Assembly (NCBI GenBank): GCA_964607225.1
Contig: CAZSIU010000001.1
Span: 18 to 64,017 of the forward strand
Direction: 5' to 3'
DNA from: an uncultured Methanosarcinales archaeon
Lineage (GTDB): Archaea; Nanobdellota; Nanobdellia; Woesearchaeales; GW2011-AR4
DNA: 64,000 nt
In this document: piece by piece, positions 39,356 to 49,637 of the stretch
Layout: each line of letters begins with the position of its first letter
Position numbering within the stretch: the first letter of the stretch is position 1
Translations under genes and position numbers: made by a program
Notes under the pieces: model-generated
Told to the model about the DNA's origin: nothing
The model's database searches: none
What the model saw: only the letters and a program-made list of their open reading frames with translations

Positions 39356-40717
39356 TTAATTTATATATCCTGCTTTCCTCAGAGTTTCTCTTGATTTCTC
39401 AGTAAGATCTGACAAGTTAGTTTGTCCCTCATTGCTTTGTGGTTTTAAAAATTCTAAGATTTTATCTTTCATATAAGAAGCCCTTTCTTTTTCCTTATCA
39501 ATAAGATTATTCTGTTCATTTGGATCATTCGTTAGATTATAGAGCTCAAAAATGTCTTTTTCTGGATGGGGTATATATATAATTTTCCAATCTCCTTCTA
39601 TCATAGCTCTCCATTTTCCCTTGACGCCTGGAAAAAAAATCCTTTTATTTTCCTTAAAGATCTCTTCCATACTTTCAGCAAAAATAAATTTTACTTTATT
39701 TTTTGAATTATTATTAATCAAAGGTAATAAGCTTACTCCGTCGATTTTATCCAATACCGGGATATTAAGCATTTCCAATATGGTTGGCATTATATCCAGT
39801 AGTCTAACTCTTTCTTTAATAACTTTACATCCATCAAAGAATTTCGGATAATTAAATATTAATGGAACTCTTAGGCTTGGTTCGTAAAGTGAAGATCCAT
39901 GTAAAAAATAAAAATTATGTTCTCCAAAATTTTCTCCATGATCAGATGTTAAAATAATTAATGTGTTATCATCTAGACTTTTGGACTTTACAAAATCAAT
40001 TAATCTTCCAAAATGTAAATCAGTATATTTTATACTACCATCGTAATGTGCGATAGCATGACTAATTTCTTCTTTATGAAATTTAATATGACCATACATA
40101 AGTTCCCCCCTAGAAAATTTACCGTGTTTTAAAGTATTAAAATCATGATTTCCTTTATAATTTGGATCAAACGTATGATCATAGGGCTTTGGGATTTCAT
40201 ACGGCCAGTGCATATCATCGAAATGCAGGCATAAGAAAAACTTCTTTTTTGAGTTTTTTTTAATCCATTTAATTGCTACATCTATATATTGCTCGGTAGA
40301 ACTCATAAAATTTCTTGGATTTAGCACTTTTTTTAAGCCTCTCTTAATTTTATTTTTGATTTTCCATGATAGCAAATTAAATTTTTTAAATCCCTTTCTT
40401 AAAGGAGGTTCGTATAATCCAGCGTTGCCCATAAAAGCTGTTTCATATCCATGATTAATAAGTATTTCAGGTAAATGTGTAAAGGAAAAATTTAGATTAT
40501 CATTTTTAACCAACCTTATACCATGAGTGTGTGGATATAATCCAGTAAAAAGAGACATTAGAGAAGGATTTGTTCTTGGTAAAGAAGTGTAAGCATTTAG
40601 AAAACTTGTACCTTGCCTGTAAAAATTATCAATATTTGGACTGGTATTTCTATTATAACCATTTACACTTAAATGATCTGGTCGTAAAGAATCTATTATA
40701 ATTAAAATAATATTCAT
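39356..40717 (-). CDS. Alkaline-phosphatase-superfamily enzyme (sulfatase/NPP-like), cytoplasmic
   Basis: It has IIIDSLRPDHL. SLMSLFTGLYPHTHGI matches the NPP-type ...TGLYPESHGI loop. The canonical sulfatase C/S-x-P-x-R motif is absent. Confidence 0.65.
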   Translation of the reverse strand: MNIILIIIDSLRPDHLSVNGYNRNTSPNIDNFYRQGTSFLNAYTSLPRTNPSLMSLFTGLYPHTHGIRLVKNDNLNFSFTHLPEILINHGYETAFMGNAGLYEPPLRKGFKKFNLLSWKIKNKIKRGLKKVLNPRNFMSSTEQYIDVAIKWIKKNSKKKFFLCLHFDDMHWPYEIPKPYDHTFDPNYKGNHDFNTLKHGKFSRGELMYGHIKFHKEEISHAIAHYDGSIKYTDLHFGRLIDFVKSKSLDDNTLIILTSDHGENFGEHNFYFLHGSSLYEPSLRVPLIFNYPKFFDGCKVIKERVRLLDIMPTILEMLNIPVLDKIDGVSLLPLINNNSKNKVKFIFAESMEEIFKENKRIFFPGVKGKWRAMIEGDWKIIYIPHPEKDIFELYNLTNDPNEQNNLIDKEKERASYMKDKILEFLKPQSNEGQTNLSDLTEKSRETLRKAGYIN

Positions 40718-40862
40718 TTTACGGCAGAATAGAATATCATTTTATATAGTTTTTTGTTTTTCCTGTTTTCATTATCAAAAACAGTTTCCCAAATAGTATA
40801 TTTCATTTATTTATACAGATATATCAACAGATAATTTAAAAAGGTAGGCAAATACACCATTA

Positions 40863-41735
40863 TTGATGAAAAATAAAAAAATCACTTATAAAGAAGTAAG
40901 AGCTATACAGAAAGAGGATATACGCGCAAATAGAATAATATATAGTCATAACAGACATTTTTCTTCTCCATTTACTTATATTTTTATCAAGTTAGGAATT
41001 TCGCCAAACACTATAACAACATTTAATTTTTTTATTCCCATATTAGGATTTATATTTTTATCTTTAGGCACATATCTATCTATTATTGTTGGAATACTTT
41101 TTTTTAATTTATTTTTTATATTTGACCAATCAGATGGAGAAGCTGCAAGACTGCAAAATAGAGGAAGTATTGAGGGGATTTATTTGGATATAATAAACCA
41201 TTACATTTATGGTTGTTGTATAGGATTAGGATTAGGATACGGTCTATCCAGATTATACCATAATGAAATTTATATTGTTCTGGGATTTATCTTAACGCTC
41301 ATTTTTGTTTTGGAATACGCTATTCCGCATGTCCTAAATTCCATAGTTGTGAAGGGGTTGATAGATAATAAGACTTATGATAAAATTGAATCCGTTGATA
41401 AAGTTAGAAAGCTATTGGATAGGTATATTTACGGTGGGCGTTCTTGGGCAAACAGCAACATAATTTCAAAATTAGTAGGAATATACCCATTCCAAGGTCT
41501 GATTTTTTCAGTTCACTTTATACTTCCAATAATATTGATGTTAACTTTGATGGAAATTTTCTTAAGTGCTTCATTTGAATTCCCAATTCTTATTTATGGT
41601 TTGAATATTGGATTAATATCTTCATATTTATTTGTGCTCGCCACATCAAAAATAATCTGGATTATTGGCTATATTTCAAGAATAGTAAGAAATAGGCTTA
41701 TAACTAAATTTTTGATGGCTAGCAAAGATTCTTAA
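40863..41735 (+). CDS. CDP-alcohol phosphotransferase family membrane protein
   Basis: DQSDGEAARLQNRGSIEGIYLDIINH matches D-G-x2-A-R-x8-G-x3-D-x3-(D/H). It has multiple TM helices. Confidence 0.75.
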   Translation: MMKNKKITYKEVRAIQKEDIRANRIIYSHNRHFSSPFTYIFIKLGISPNTITTFNFFIPILGFIFLSLGTYLSIIVGILFFNLFFIFDQSDGEAARLQNRGSIEGIYLDIINHYIYGCCIGLGLGYGLSRLYHNEIYIVLGFILTLIFVLEYAIPHVLNSIVVKGLIDNKTYDKIESVDKVRKLLDRYIYGGRSWANSNIISKLVGIYPFQGLIFSVHFILPIILMLTLMEIFLSASFEFPILIYGLNIGLISSYLFVLATSKIIWIIGYISRIVRNRLITKFLMASKDS

Positions 41736-41808
41736 TGCTAGAAATCTATATAATTTGAATTATATTTCAATTATTTTAAAACAATAAGCAAGGAGAAATC
41801 TTGCCGAA

Positions 41809-42927
41809 ATGCATATGGTTAAACCTAAAAAAATAAGAATTTTAGTAGTAGCTGAAAAATATGATGATTTCTATGAATGGCTCTCAAAGTTATTAGAAAA
41901 AGAATTTATTGTCAAAAAGCTTTATGTGCATTCAGGTGATGAAAAGCCTCCTTTCTTCCTGTTAAGATGGCTATTGGTGATTAAAAGATGGAGAAGCATA
42001 TCAAAGAGCTTCAAGCCGGAAAAAATTCTTGTATATGGGAAATCCTTGATGTCTATATGGATCGTCATTTTCTTAATTAGACTACTTGGACTAAACACAG
42101 AGATAATAATTTTTAGGTATGATTTTGAATATTTTTGGATGTGTTTTAAGGAGATTAAAAAAACAATTGGTGATAGGATGACTCTAATACTAGAAAAATT
42201 TTGTTTAATTAATTCAGATAAGATAGTTCACAAAGGCATAGAAAATGAGTTAGAGTTTTTACCATATTACGATAAACTAAAGAATAAACCGCACTATTTA
42301 TTCAGAGAATTTATTAATCCAAAAAAAATTCAGATTTATAATCCTAATTTTAAATTATCAAAGAAAGATGGCGAAATACATCTAGTGTACATAGGTGGTT
42401 TTACATCTGTAAATTTACCTGTTGCGGAGTCTATCTGGAATTTCTACCCAAAAATCACAAGCCAGAGACTACATCTGCACTTATACTCCTGGTTTGACAG
42501 AAAGGCAGAAGAAAAATTAAAGGAAATTGAAAATAGAAATCCTTATCTTCATCTTGAAGGAATTAAAGATCATAGTTCGCTTTTAAAAGAGATATGTAAA
42601 TATGACTACGGCATAAGCCTACACACTCGAAATGTTTCCAAGTCAAAAAACAACTATTATGTAGCTGTGCATTTCGCAAAAAAGTTTTTTGATTACCTGT
42701 CTGCAAAATTACCTTTAGTTGTCCTGAAGGAATCAAAGGCTGCTGCAGAATTTGTAGATAAGTACAAGATTGGGGTATGTATAGACTATAAAGATATTAA
42801 ATCTTTACAAAAAATTTTGACTAAAAAAAAGAAAGACTATGAAAAAATTATCAAAAACATCGACAATGCCATTTCAGACTCAATGGAGTGCAAAAAATTT
42901 CTTGATTTTGTAAGAACTCAGAAGTAG
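41809..42927 (+). CDS. Hypothetical protein, possibly a GT-B-like glycosyltransferase
   Basis: The layout is two-domain Rossmann-like (…IRILVV… / …HLVYIGGFTS…). No diagnostic motif is present. Confidence 0.35.
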   Translation: MHMVKPKKIRILVVAEKYDDFYEWLSKLLEKEFIVKKLYVHSGDEKPPFFLLRWLLVIKRWRSISKSFKPEKILVYGKSLMSIWIVIFLIRLLGLNTEIIIFRYDFEYFWMCFKEIKKTIGDRMTLILEKFCLINSDKIVHKGIENELEFLPYYDKLKNKPHYLFREFINPKKIQIYNPNFKLSKKDGEIHLVYIGGFTSVNLPVAESIWNFYPKITSQRLHLHLYSWFDRKAEEKLKEIENRNPYLHLEGIKDHSSLLKEICKYDYGISLHTRNVSKSKNNYYVAVHFAKKFFDYLSAKLPLVVLKESKAAAEFVDKYKIGVCIDYKDIKSLQKILTKKKKDYEKIIKNIDNAISDSMECKKFLDFVRTQK

Positions 42928-42933
42928 GGATTG

Positions 42934-44751
42934 CTAGGCAACACTAAAGATAACAGCTCCTTGGTTCTGGAAAACAAGCCTGAAAAGCCCAGATTGCGCA
43001 AGTTCTTGTACCTTGCTATTTGAATTGTCTGCTCCAAATTTCCTTACTGCCTGCCCATCAATGATCAAATATTCGTATCCTTTATTTTTTAGCCAATTGT
43101 AGTTTTCTTCGGCAGTCTGGTTAAAACCATTATTCATATAACCTTCAACATCTTTGCACCAATGGCATGTATACAAATCCATGCCAATGACAGGACCGTT
43201 ATTTGAAAACGTAAAAAGCCTGGAATTGCTGGGCAAATTCTGCTTAATCCATATATAAGCCCCTATTTCCTCTCCTGATGTCCAGAAAGCGCCTGGCGGC
43301 CATATAGCAGTATTTACGGCTATTTTCTGCTGGGTAGAGGTAAAATATATTCCTGTCAATAACAGCATAAGAACTGCGTACATGCCAATTTTTCCTGCAG
43401 ACTTTTTTGATATAGCAAGCAGATTAAATGCTCCTTCAGCAGCTAATACACAAATAGGTATTGCTAACAGCATCCATGCCCTAAAAGGGGAAAGCTTTAC
43501 AGGCATATTTGCAGCATTAACTGCATAAAAAGTGAACAAAAACCATACCGAAGTTATTGTGAGCCAGTGATTTTCCTTCTTTAGCAAGCCCTTAAACCTT
43601 ACAAAAATAAATATTATTCCTAATATTGCAAGAATCGATAAAACAATGCCGATACCTATGGGGTTGTTTATCATGTTTTGCTTTTGCGCTATTAGAAAAT
43701 CAGACAACGTATAAGCCCTATCTGCAGTTCCCGGAACGCTTATTATTGATTCTCCTTTACCTATAGCAAGTCCCAATCCCTTTAAAGTACCAGAAAAACC
43801 ATATGTAAAAATCATGGGCAGCCACCATACGGCAAAAGACAAGCCTATGCCCAGAAGGCCTGTAGCTGCATGCCATACTAGAAATTTTCTTTCCAAGATG
43901 ATTTTAGTTATAATATATAAAATAAAAAACAAGCCAAAATAAGTTGAATGTGTGGGGGATGAGGTCAAAACGGTTACCATAAGCAATCCAGAAACAATCC
44001 ACCACTTCTTATCATGCCTTATTCTTTCTATAGCATAGAAAACAACAAAATACAATGGGACGGTCAAAGACAAAGCCCAGATGAAATGTGACATAAATGC
44101 AGGTATGGACAATAAGGCAAAAGCCGCGAACAAAGCCTTGTTCCTGTTGCCTGTAAATTCCTTGACAAAAAAGTAAAAAAATATAGTTGACAAAGAGATT
44201 ATCAGGGCATTAAAAAATTTCAAAGTCCAATGCACGGAATCATTTGTTTGGTGCAGCAAGCCCATCAGCAGATCATAAGCAGGGGGGTAAGGATCGATAT
44301 AATGGAATCTATTGCCGACACCTGCAAAAACAGTTTTCTCAACAGCAACAAATTTTGAACTTATAGCATGTCCCCATGAATCGTCATCCTCTAAATAAGG
44401 ATAAGCAAAAGCTCCTGAAGAGTAAATGTAAAGATTAACAAAAAAAAGAGCAAGCATTGCCAAAATGCTTAAATCTGTTTTCGTCAATTTAAAGGCAAAT
44501 TTGGTTATAGGTTTATTCCTGATTAAATAATATAGTGGATATGCTAATGATAATGCCAGAATAATTTTCCAGTCTATTGGGACTCTGAATAAATTTAAAA
44601 TTAATCCCAAGAAAGGCAGCAAAGAAAGCCCAAAGCCTATCCTCATGAGGTTTCTCTCAAGAAAGTTATCGGAATTCTTTACAAATGAGGATACAGCAAA
44701 GCCTAATCCGTAGGCATATACAAAAAACAAAAGTATGGTTACATAACTCAT
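42934..44751 (-). CDS. Large polytopic membrane protein (GT-C-like), paralogue of 58028-60067
   Basis: It has more than 12 TM helices plus a roughly 150-aa C-terminal soluble domain. It shares a KNSDN(F/L) N-terminal motif and C-terminal similarity with 58028-60067. Confidence 0.5.
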   Translation of the reverse strand: MSYVTILLFFVYAYGLGFAVSSFVKNSDNFLERNLMRIGFGLSLLPFLGLILNLFRVPIDWKIILALSLAYPLYYLIRNKPITKFAFKLTKTDLSILAMLALFFVNLYIYSSGAFAYPYLEDDDSWGHAISSKFVAVEKTVFAGVGNRFHYIDPYPPAYDLLMGLLHQTNDSVHWTLKFFNALIISLSTIFFYFFVKEFTGNRNKALFAAFALLSIPAFMSHFIWALSLTVPLYFVVFYAIERIRHDKKWWIVSGLLMVTVLTSSPTHSTYFGLFFILYIITKIILERKFLVWHAATGLLGIGLSFAVWWLPMIFTYGFSGTLKGLGLAIGKGESIISVPGTADRAYTLSDFLIAQKQNMINNPIGIGIVLSILAILGIIFIFVRFKGLLKKENHWLTITSVWFLFTFYAVNAANMPVKLSPFRAWMLLAIPICVLAAEGAFNLLAISKKSAGKIGMYAVLMLLLTGIYFTSTQQKIAVNTAIWPPGAFWTSGEEIGAYIWIKQNLPSNSRLFTFSNNGPVIGMDLYTCHWCKDVEGYMNNGFNQTAEENYNWLKNKGYEYLIIDGQAVRKFGADNSNSKVQELAQSGLFRLVFQNQGAVIFSVA

Positions 44752-44798
44752 ACTGTAGGGATTAAAAAATCAGTTTAAAAATGTTGTCATTAATCCTT

Positions 44799-45350
44799 CT
44801 ATTTTATTGCAATCACAAAATAAAAGAAAGGCAATTCTCTCTTGCCATAATGTTCAACCTTAAGGTTTCTGAAAATTGAAAATAGCTTTCTCAGAGAATG
44901 TTCTGTAAAGCGCCAATAATCATGAGGCTCGTCATGTAATGGATAGAGAGCAGGCACGAGAACTATGAGCTTTCCATTTTTATTCAATGCCTTATGAAGC
45001 ATCTTAATTCCCTTATGGAAATCAAATACATGCTCTATTACATTAAAGCAAACAATGACATCATATCCTTTAGGTATTTTTTTTGTTATGTCTACTATAG
45101 GATGCTTATATGCAGGGTCTATGTCAGATTTCACAACTTCATTGCCTCTATTCTTAAAAAAGTCAGCAACAGAATATATATGCCTTCCTCTGATGGCTTT
45201 GCCTGAGCCGATTTCAAGAATTTTTTTGCCTCTTATGTTTGAGCAGTATTTCACCAAAATTTTGTTCTTGGCTCTTCCTGGTTGAAAGGCTATGTGGGAG
45301 AGTGAGCGGAAAATGCTCTTTTTGAGTGACATGAACGTGTTTAGACACAA
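44799..45350 (-). CDS. Class I SAM methyltransferase
   Basis: It has ILEIGSGKA and a methyltransferase type 11-like fold. Confidence 0.65.
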   Translation of the reverse strand: MCLNTFMSLKKSIFRSLSHIAFQPGRAKNKILVKYCSNIRGKKILEIGSGKAIRGRHIYSVADFFKNRGNEVVKSDIDPAYKHPIVDITKKIPKGYDVIVCFNVIEHVFDFHKGIKMLHKALNKNGKLIVLVPALYPLHDEPHDYWRFTEHSLRKLFSIFRNLKVEHYGKRELPFFYFVIAIK

Positions 45351-45371
45351 ATACTATTTAAAATTTTTTAG

Positions 45372-46304
45372 TTGGGGGTGACAGAAAGGCATTTAAATAG
45401 TCATATATTAGCAAACAGAATGCTTATAATAGTAACAATACCTGCCTATAATGAGGAAAAGACAATAGGAAAAGTGGTAGACAGCATACATCAGGTAATG
45501 AAAAGCGGCAGATACAGCTATAAAATCCTAGTAGTTGATGATGGCAGCAAGGATAATACTGCAAGAGAAGCGAAAAAACATAATGCAATAGTGTATTCCC
45601 ATCCTAAAAATTATGGGTTGGCAGAGACTTTTAAGACAGAAATCAAAAAGGCTCTTGACCTTAAAGCTGATGTGATAGTGCATATAGATGCAGACTTTCA
45701 ATATTTGCCAAAAGAAATACCAAAATTATTGAATGAGATAAATAATGGCTATGATCTGGTTCTGGGAAGCAGGTTCAAGGGTAAGATAGAGAGAATGTCA
45801 TTTATAAAGAGATTGGGAAACAAGGCATTCTCAATGGTTATATCAAATGTTACCCGATTAAAAATATCAGATGGACAAACTGGTTTTAGGGCCTTTACAA
45901 AGGAAGTTGCTGAAAAAATAGACATAATATCAAACCATACTTACACTCAGGAGCAGATAATAAAGGCTGTAAAGGAAAAATTCAAGATTAAGGAAGTGCC
46001 TGTATATTTTGCCAGAAGAAAAGATGAGAGCAGGCTGATAAGCAACCCATTCGGATATGCTATAAGGGCCTGGATAAACCTCATAAGGATGTATAGGGAT
46101 TACGAGCCGCTGAAGTTTTTTGGTGTTTTTGGCTTTCTTATGTTTAGTATCGGATTTTTAATAGGTCTCTATCTCCTGTATCTCCATTTTACCTCTGGGA
46201 TAGTTGGGCACTTTGCATTAATAATGCTCGATATTTTGATCTTAAGCATTGGTCTTCAGATAATAATATTCGGATTTTTGACGGACATGCTAAGGAAATA
46301 TTAG
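45372..46304 (+). CDS. GT2 dolichyl/polyprenyl-phosphate sugar synthase-like, with C-terminal TM helices
   Basis: It has IIVTIPAYNEEKTIG, VVDDGSKDNT and DADFQ. The C-terminal hydrophobic helices are typical of AglJ/GtrB-like enzymes. Confidence 0.8.
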   Translation: MGVTERHLNSHILANRMLIIVTIPAYNEEKTIGKVVDSIHQVMKSGRYSYKILVVDDGSKDNTAREAKKHNAIVYSHPKNYGLAETFKTEIKKALDLKADVIVHIDADFQYLPKEIPKLLNEINNGYDLVLGSRFKGKIERMSFIKRLGNKAFSMVISNVTRLKISDGQTGFRAFTKEVAEKIDIISNHTYTQEQIIKAVKEKFKIKEVPVYFARRKDESRLISNPFGYAIRAWINLIRMYRDYEPLKFFGVFGFLMFSIGFLIGLYLLYLHFTSGIVGHFALIMLDILILSIGLQIIIFGFLTDMLRKY

Positions 46305-46322
46305 AAGCATTTTTTTCTGAAT

Positions 46323-46985
46323 ATGAAAAAGTCAAAAATAAGCCATGCTGTTCTTGACAAGAAAAGCAGGAAAGAAAAGGCATCGGCAATAATAAGAATA
46401 CTAAGCAAGTATAAAAATATAAAAAAATGCAAAATTCTTGATATTGGGACAGGAGCTGGAGTGATTGCTTCTGAGCTCGGAAAAACCTCCAAAAAAACTT
46501 ATTCTGTGGATGTAGTTGATGAAAGGATAATAAAGAAAAATTTTGTATTTAAGAAGACAACTGATGAAAATCTTCCGTTTAAGGACAATGAATTTGATAT
46601 CATAGTGTCAAACCATGTGATGGCCCATGTCAATAATGGTGATATGCACTTAAAAGAAATAAAGAGAGTCCTGAAAAAAGACGGCATTGTCTATTTGAGC
46701 ATGCTGAACAGGTTGTGGCCTCTTGAGCCGAATTTCAATTTATTGTTCTTATCATGGCTGCCAAGTAAAATTGCTGATTCTTATGTAAGAGTTCTGGGAA
46801 AAGGCCGACATTACAATGTGCATCCCCTGACATATTCTGCATTCGTAAAAAAAATAAAAAAATATTTTGTTTTTGATGACATAACCCTGAAGGTAATAAA
46901 CAATAAACTATGGGTGCCAAAATCAGCCTATAGTATGTTAAGGGTTTTTTCTCCTGTATGGGTAATAGTTCTAAAAAAAAGGTAG
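46323..46985 (+). CDS. Class I SAM methyltransferase
   Basis: ILDIGTGAGVIASEL. Confidence 0.7.
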   Translation: MKKSKISHAVLDKKSRKEKASAIIRILSKYKNIKKCKILDIGTGAGVIASELGKTSKKTYSVDVVDERIIKKNFVFKKTTDENLPFKDNEFDIIVSNHVMAHVNNGDMHLKEIKRVLKKDGIVYLSMLNRLWPLEPNFNLLFLSWLPSKIADSYVRVLGKGRHYNVHPLTYSAFVKKIKKYFVFDDITLKVINNKLWVPKSAYSMLRVFSPVWVIVLKKR

Positions 46986-47036
46986 CCGGGAATACTCAAT
47001 ACATATTTAAATATCTGATATATCCCCCGTCAGTAT

Positions 47037-48074
47037 ATGGTGAAGTTGGGAATAGTGGGTTATGGCTATTGGGGACCAAACCTGGTAAGGAACTTCAACA
47101 GCATTCCTGATTCTGAAATAGTCTACTGTGCAGACTTTGACGAGAAGAGGCTACAGCACATCAGAGGCCTTTACCCACAAACCGAGATAACTAAAGATTA
47201 CAAAGAGATTTTAAATGATAAGGGAGTAGATGCAGTAATAGTAGCCACGCCAATAGAAACTCATTACAAGATTGCAAAAGACTGCCTGGATGCAGGCAAG
47301 CATGTCTTGATAGAAAAGCCCATTACAGCAAGCTCTACAGAAGCCCTTGACCTGATAAAGACAGCGGAAAAATGCAAAAAAGTACTGATGGTAGACCATA
47401 CCTTCGAATACAGCACTCCTGTAATGAAGGTAAAGGAGATAATAAAAAATGGAGAGCTGGGAAAGATATTTACCATAGATATGATAAGAGTCAATTTGGG
47501 ATTGTTTCAGGAAAAAGTCAATGTCGCATGGGATTTAGCCCCACATGATATATCTATGCTGCTGTACTATCTTGAGAGTTTGCCTTTGGCAGTCAGGGCA
47601 GTGGGCCAGTCTTATGTAAGGCAAGGCATTGAAGATGATGTCCATATTAATCTTGAATTTAAGGACAAAATAATGGCCAATATGCATGTTTCATGGCTCG
47701 ACCCAATGAAAATAAGGAAAACCACGATTGTCGGAAACAAAAAAATGCTTGTTTTTGACGACACTGCAGAGAATGAAAAGATAAAAATATATGATAAGGG
47801 GGTAACAATAGAAAAAAATAATATACCAAGGCAGCCATACTATGATACATATGAAGAATGGGTTTTGACTTACAGGGCAGGGGGGGTGTATGCGCCGAAA
47901 ATAGAGAATAAAGAGCCGTTGAATGTCATGGCAGGGCATTTCCTTGACTGTATAAAAAATAATAAAAAGCCTCTTACAGATGGTTACTCTGGCCTTAAGG
48001 TTGTAAAGGTCCTGGAAGCCATGCAGGAGTCTTTGAAGAATGACGGCAGGAAAGTGAAAATAAAAGATGATTAG
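47037..48074 (+). CDS. Gfo/Idh/MocA-family oxidoreductase (WbpB-like UDP-sugar 3-dehydrogenase)
   Basis: It has [16 protein letters not shown] and the EKP motif (LIEKPIT). Confidence 0.8.
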   Translation: MVKLGIVGYGYWGPNLVRNFNSIPDSEIVYCADFDEKRLQHIRGLYPQTEITKDYKEILNDKGVDAVIVATPIETHYKIAKDCLDAGKHVLIEKPITASSTEALDLIKTAEKCKKVLMVDHTFEYSTPVMKVKEIIKNGELGKIFTIDMIRVNLGLFQEKVNVAWDLAPHDISMLLYYLESLPLAVRAVGQSYVRQGIEDDVHINLEFKDKIMANMHVSWLDPMKIRKTTIVGNKKMLVFDDTAENEKIKIYDKGVTIEKNNIPRQPYYDTYEEWVLTYRAGGVYAPKIENKEPLNVMAGHFLDCIKNNKKPLTDGYSGLKVVKVLEAMQESLKNDGRKVKIKDD

Positions 48075-48546
48075 CAAAGATGTAAAGCTCGGAAAAAACG
48101 TGAAGATATTCCACGGGGAACTTGTGAATCTTTATGGATGCGAAATAGGAGACAATACAAAGATAGCCATGTTCGTGGAAATACAGAAAGGTGTAAAGAT
48201 AGGCAAAAACTGCAAGATAGAGGCCTTTGCTTTCATTCCAGAAGGTGTTACTCTAGAAGATCAGGTTCTTGTGGGACCACATGCATGCTTTACTAATGAT
48301 AAGATTCCAAGAGCTACAAATATCGACGGAAGCATGAAAACTGCAAATGACTGGGAAGTTGCTAAAACATTGGTAAAGAGAAGGGCAGGGATAGGGGCAA
48401 ATGCGACAATAATATGTGGTGTGACAATAGGGGAAAATGCAATTGTAGGTGCAGGCTCTGTTGTCACAAAAGATGTTCCAGACAATGCAATAGTGGCAGG
48501 AAACCCGGCAAAGGTCATAGGGGAAGCGAAGGACATAATAAAATGA
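48067..48546 (+). CDS. Hexapeptide-repeat (LbH) acetyltransferase (WbpD-like)
   Basis: Repeated [LIV]-G-x-x-x-x hexapeptides are present (…[26 protein letters not shown]…). Its stop overlaps the aminotransferase ATG. Confidence 0.8.
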   Translation: MISKDVKLGKNVKIFHGELVNLYGCEIGDNTKIAMFVEIQKGVKIGKNCKIEAFAFIPEGVTLEDQVLVGPHACFTNDKIPRATNIDGSMKTANDWEVAKTLVKRRAGIGANATIICGVTIGENAIVGAGSVVTKDVPDNAIVAGNPAKVIGEAKDIIK

Positions 48547-49637
48547 TAAAATTTGTTGATCTTAATGTGCAGTACGAGGCAATAAAAAAGGACATCAACA
48601 ATGCCATACAGGAAGTGCTTGATTCAGGAAGGTTTGTCCTAGGAGAGAATGTTGAGCTTTTTGAGAAGGAATTTGCTGCTTTCTGCAATGCGCCTTATGC
48701 AGTGGGAGCTAATAACGGGACATCTGCCCTGCACCTTGCTTTAGTTGCATCAGGAATAGGAAAGGGGGATGAAATTATAACTGCGCCAAATACTTACATT
48801 GCCACCTGCGAAGCAATTTCCTATACATGTGCCACTCCAAAATTTGTTGACATTAATCAAGATACATATGCCCTTGATGTAAATAAGCTGGAAAAAGCAA
48901 TAACTGAAAAGACAAAAGCCATAATGCCTGTTCATTTGTACGGCCAGTCTGCTGGCATGAAACACATAATGGAGATAGCTGAAAAGCATAATCTCATAGT
49001 AATAGAGGATGCGGCACAATCTCATGGAGCAGAGCATTACGGGAAAAAAATTCCTTTTTCTGATATAGGTTGCTTCAGTTTTTATCCAGTAAAAAATCTT
49101 GGGGCATATGGGGAAGGAGGCATGGTGGTGGCTAAATACAAAGAGCTGGCTGAAAAGATAAGAATATATAGGGATCATGGTCAGGAGAAAAAGAATGTCC
49201 ATAAATATATCGGCTACAATTACCGCCTGGAAGAGATGCAGGCAGCAATCTTGAGGGTAAAATTGAGGCATCTTCCTAAATGGACAGAAATGAGAAGGAA
49301 AAATGCAAAACTCTACAATGAATTGTTTGAAGGCTCGGATGTCATAACACCAACAGAAAAAGATTATAATAGGCATGTTTACCATCTTTATATTGTAAGG
49401 GTAAAAAACAGGCAGAAGCTTATTGAGCACTTAAGCTCAAAAGGCATACAGACCGGCATACATTACCCTGTTCCGGTGCACCTTACAGAAGCTTATGCAG
49501 GCTTAGGATACAAAAAAGGCTCTTTCTTGGTAGCAGAGCAATGTGCCGATGAGATACTATCGTTGCCCATGTATCCAGAGCTTAGCGAAGAAGATATAAT
49601 GATAGTAGTAAAAGAAATTAAAGAATTCTTAAAATGA
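48543..49637 (+). CDS. DegT/DnrJ/EryC1/StrS-family PLP-dependent sugar aminotransferase (WbpE-like)
   Basis: It reads [18 protein letters not shown]...[17 protein letters not shown] and carries the PLP-binding lysine region [11 protein letters not shown]. The ORF-track start is spurious; the real ATG is at 48543. Confidence 0.85.
   Translation: MIKFVDLNVQYEAIKKDINNAIQEVLDSGRFVLGENVELFEKEFAAFCNAPYAVGANNGTSALHLALVASGIGKGDEIITAPNTYIATCEAISYTCATPKFVDINQDTYALDVNKLEKAITEKTKAIMPVHLYGQSAGMKHIMEIAEKHNLIVIEDAAQSHGAEHYGKKIPFSDIGCFSFYPVKNLGAYGEGGMVVAKYKELAEKIRIYRDHGQEKKNVHKYIGYNYRLEEMQAAILRVKLRHLPKWTEMRRKNAKLYNELFEGSDVITPTEKDYNRHVYHLYIVRVKNRQKLIEHLSSKGIQTGIHYPVPVHLTEAYAGLGYKKGSFLVAEQCADEILSLPMYPELSEEDIMIVVKEIKEFLK

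Noticed and set aside
38182-40717. Annotation of the two AP-superfamily genes as sulfatases, with the radical SAM/SPASM gene as their anSME maturase
   Set aside because: Both proteins lack the C/S-x-P-x-R FGly motif. One has SLPRTNPS instead, and the other has a Thr-containing NPP-like loop. They have no signal peptides. The radical SAM protein (305 aa) is short for an anSME. Phosphodiesterase, phosphonate-transferase or PhnA-like chemistry is more plausible.
48414-48542. Cys/Arg-rich N-terminal extension ([21 protein letters not shown]...) of the aminotransferase ORF
   Set aside because: It is an out-of-frame read-through of the acetyltransferase 3' end. The real start is the ATG at 48543, which overlaps the upstream stop (ATGA) and gives the canonical DegT N-terminus.
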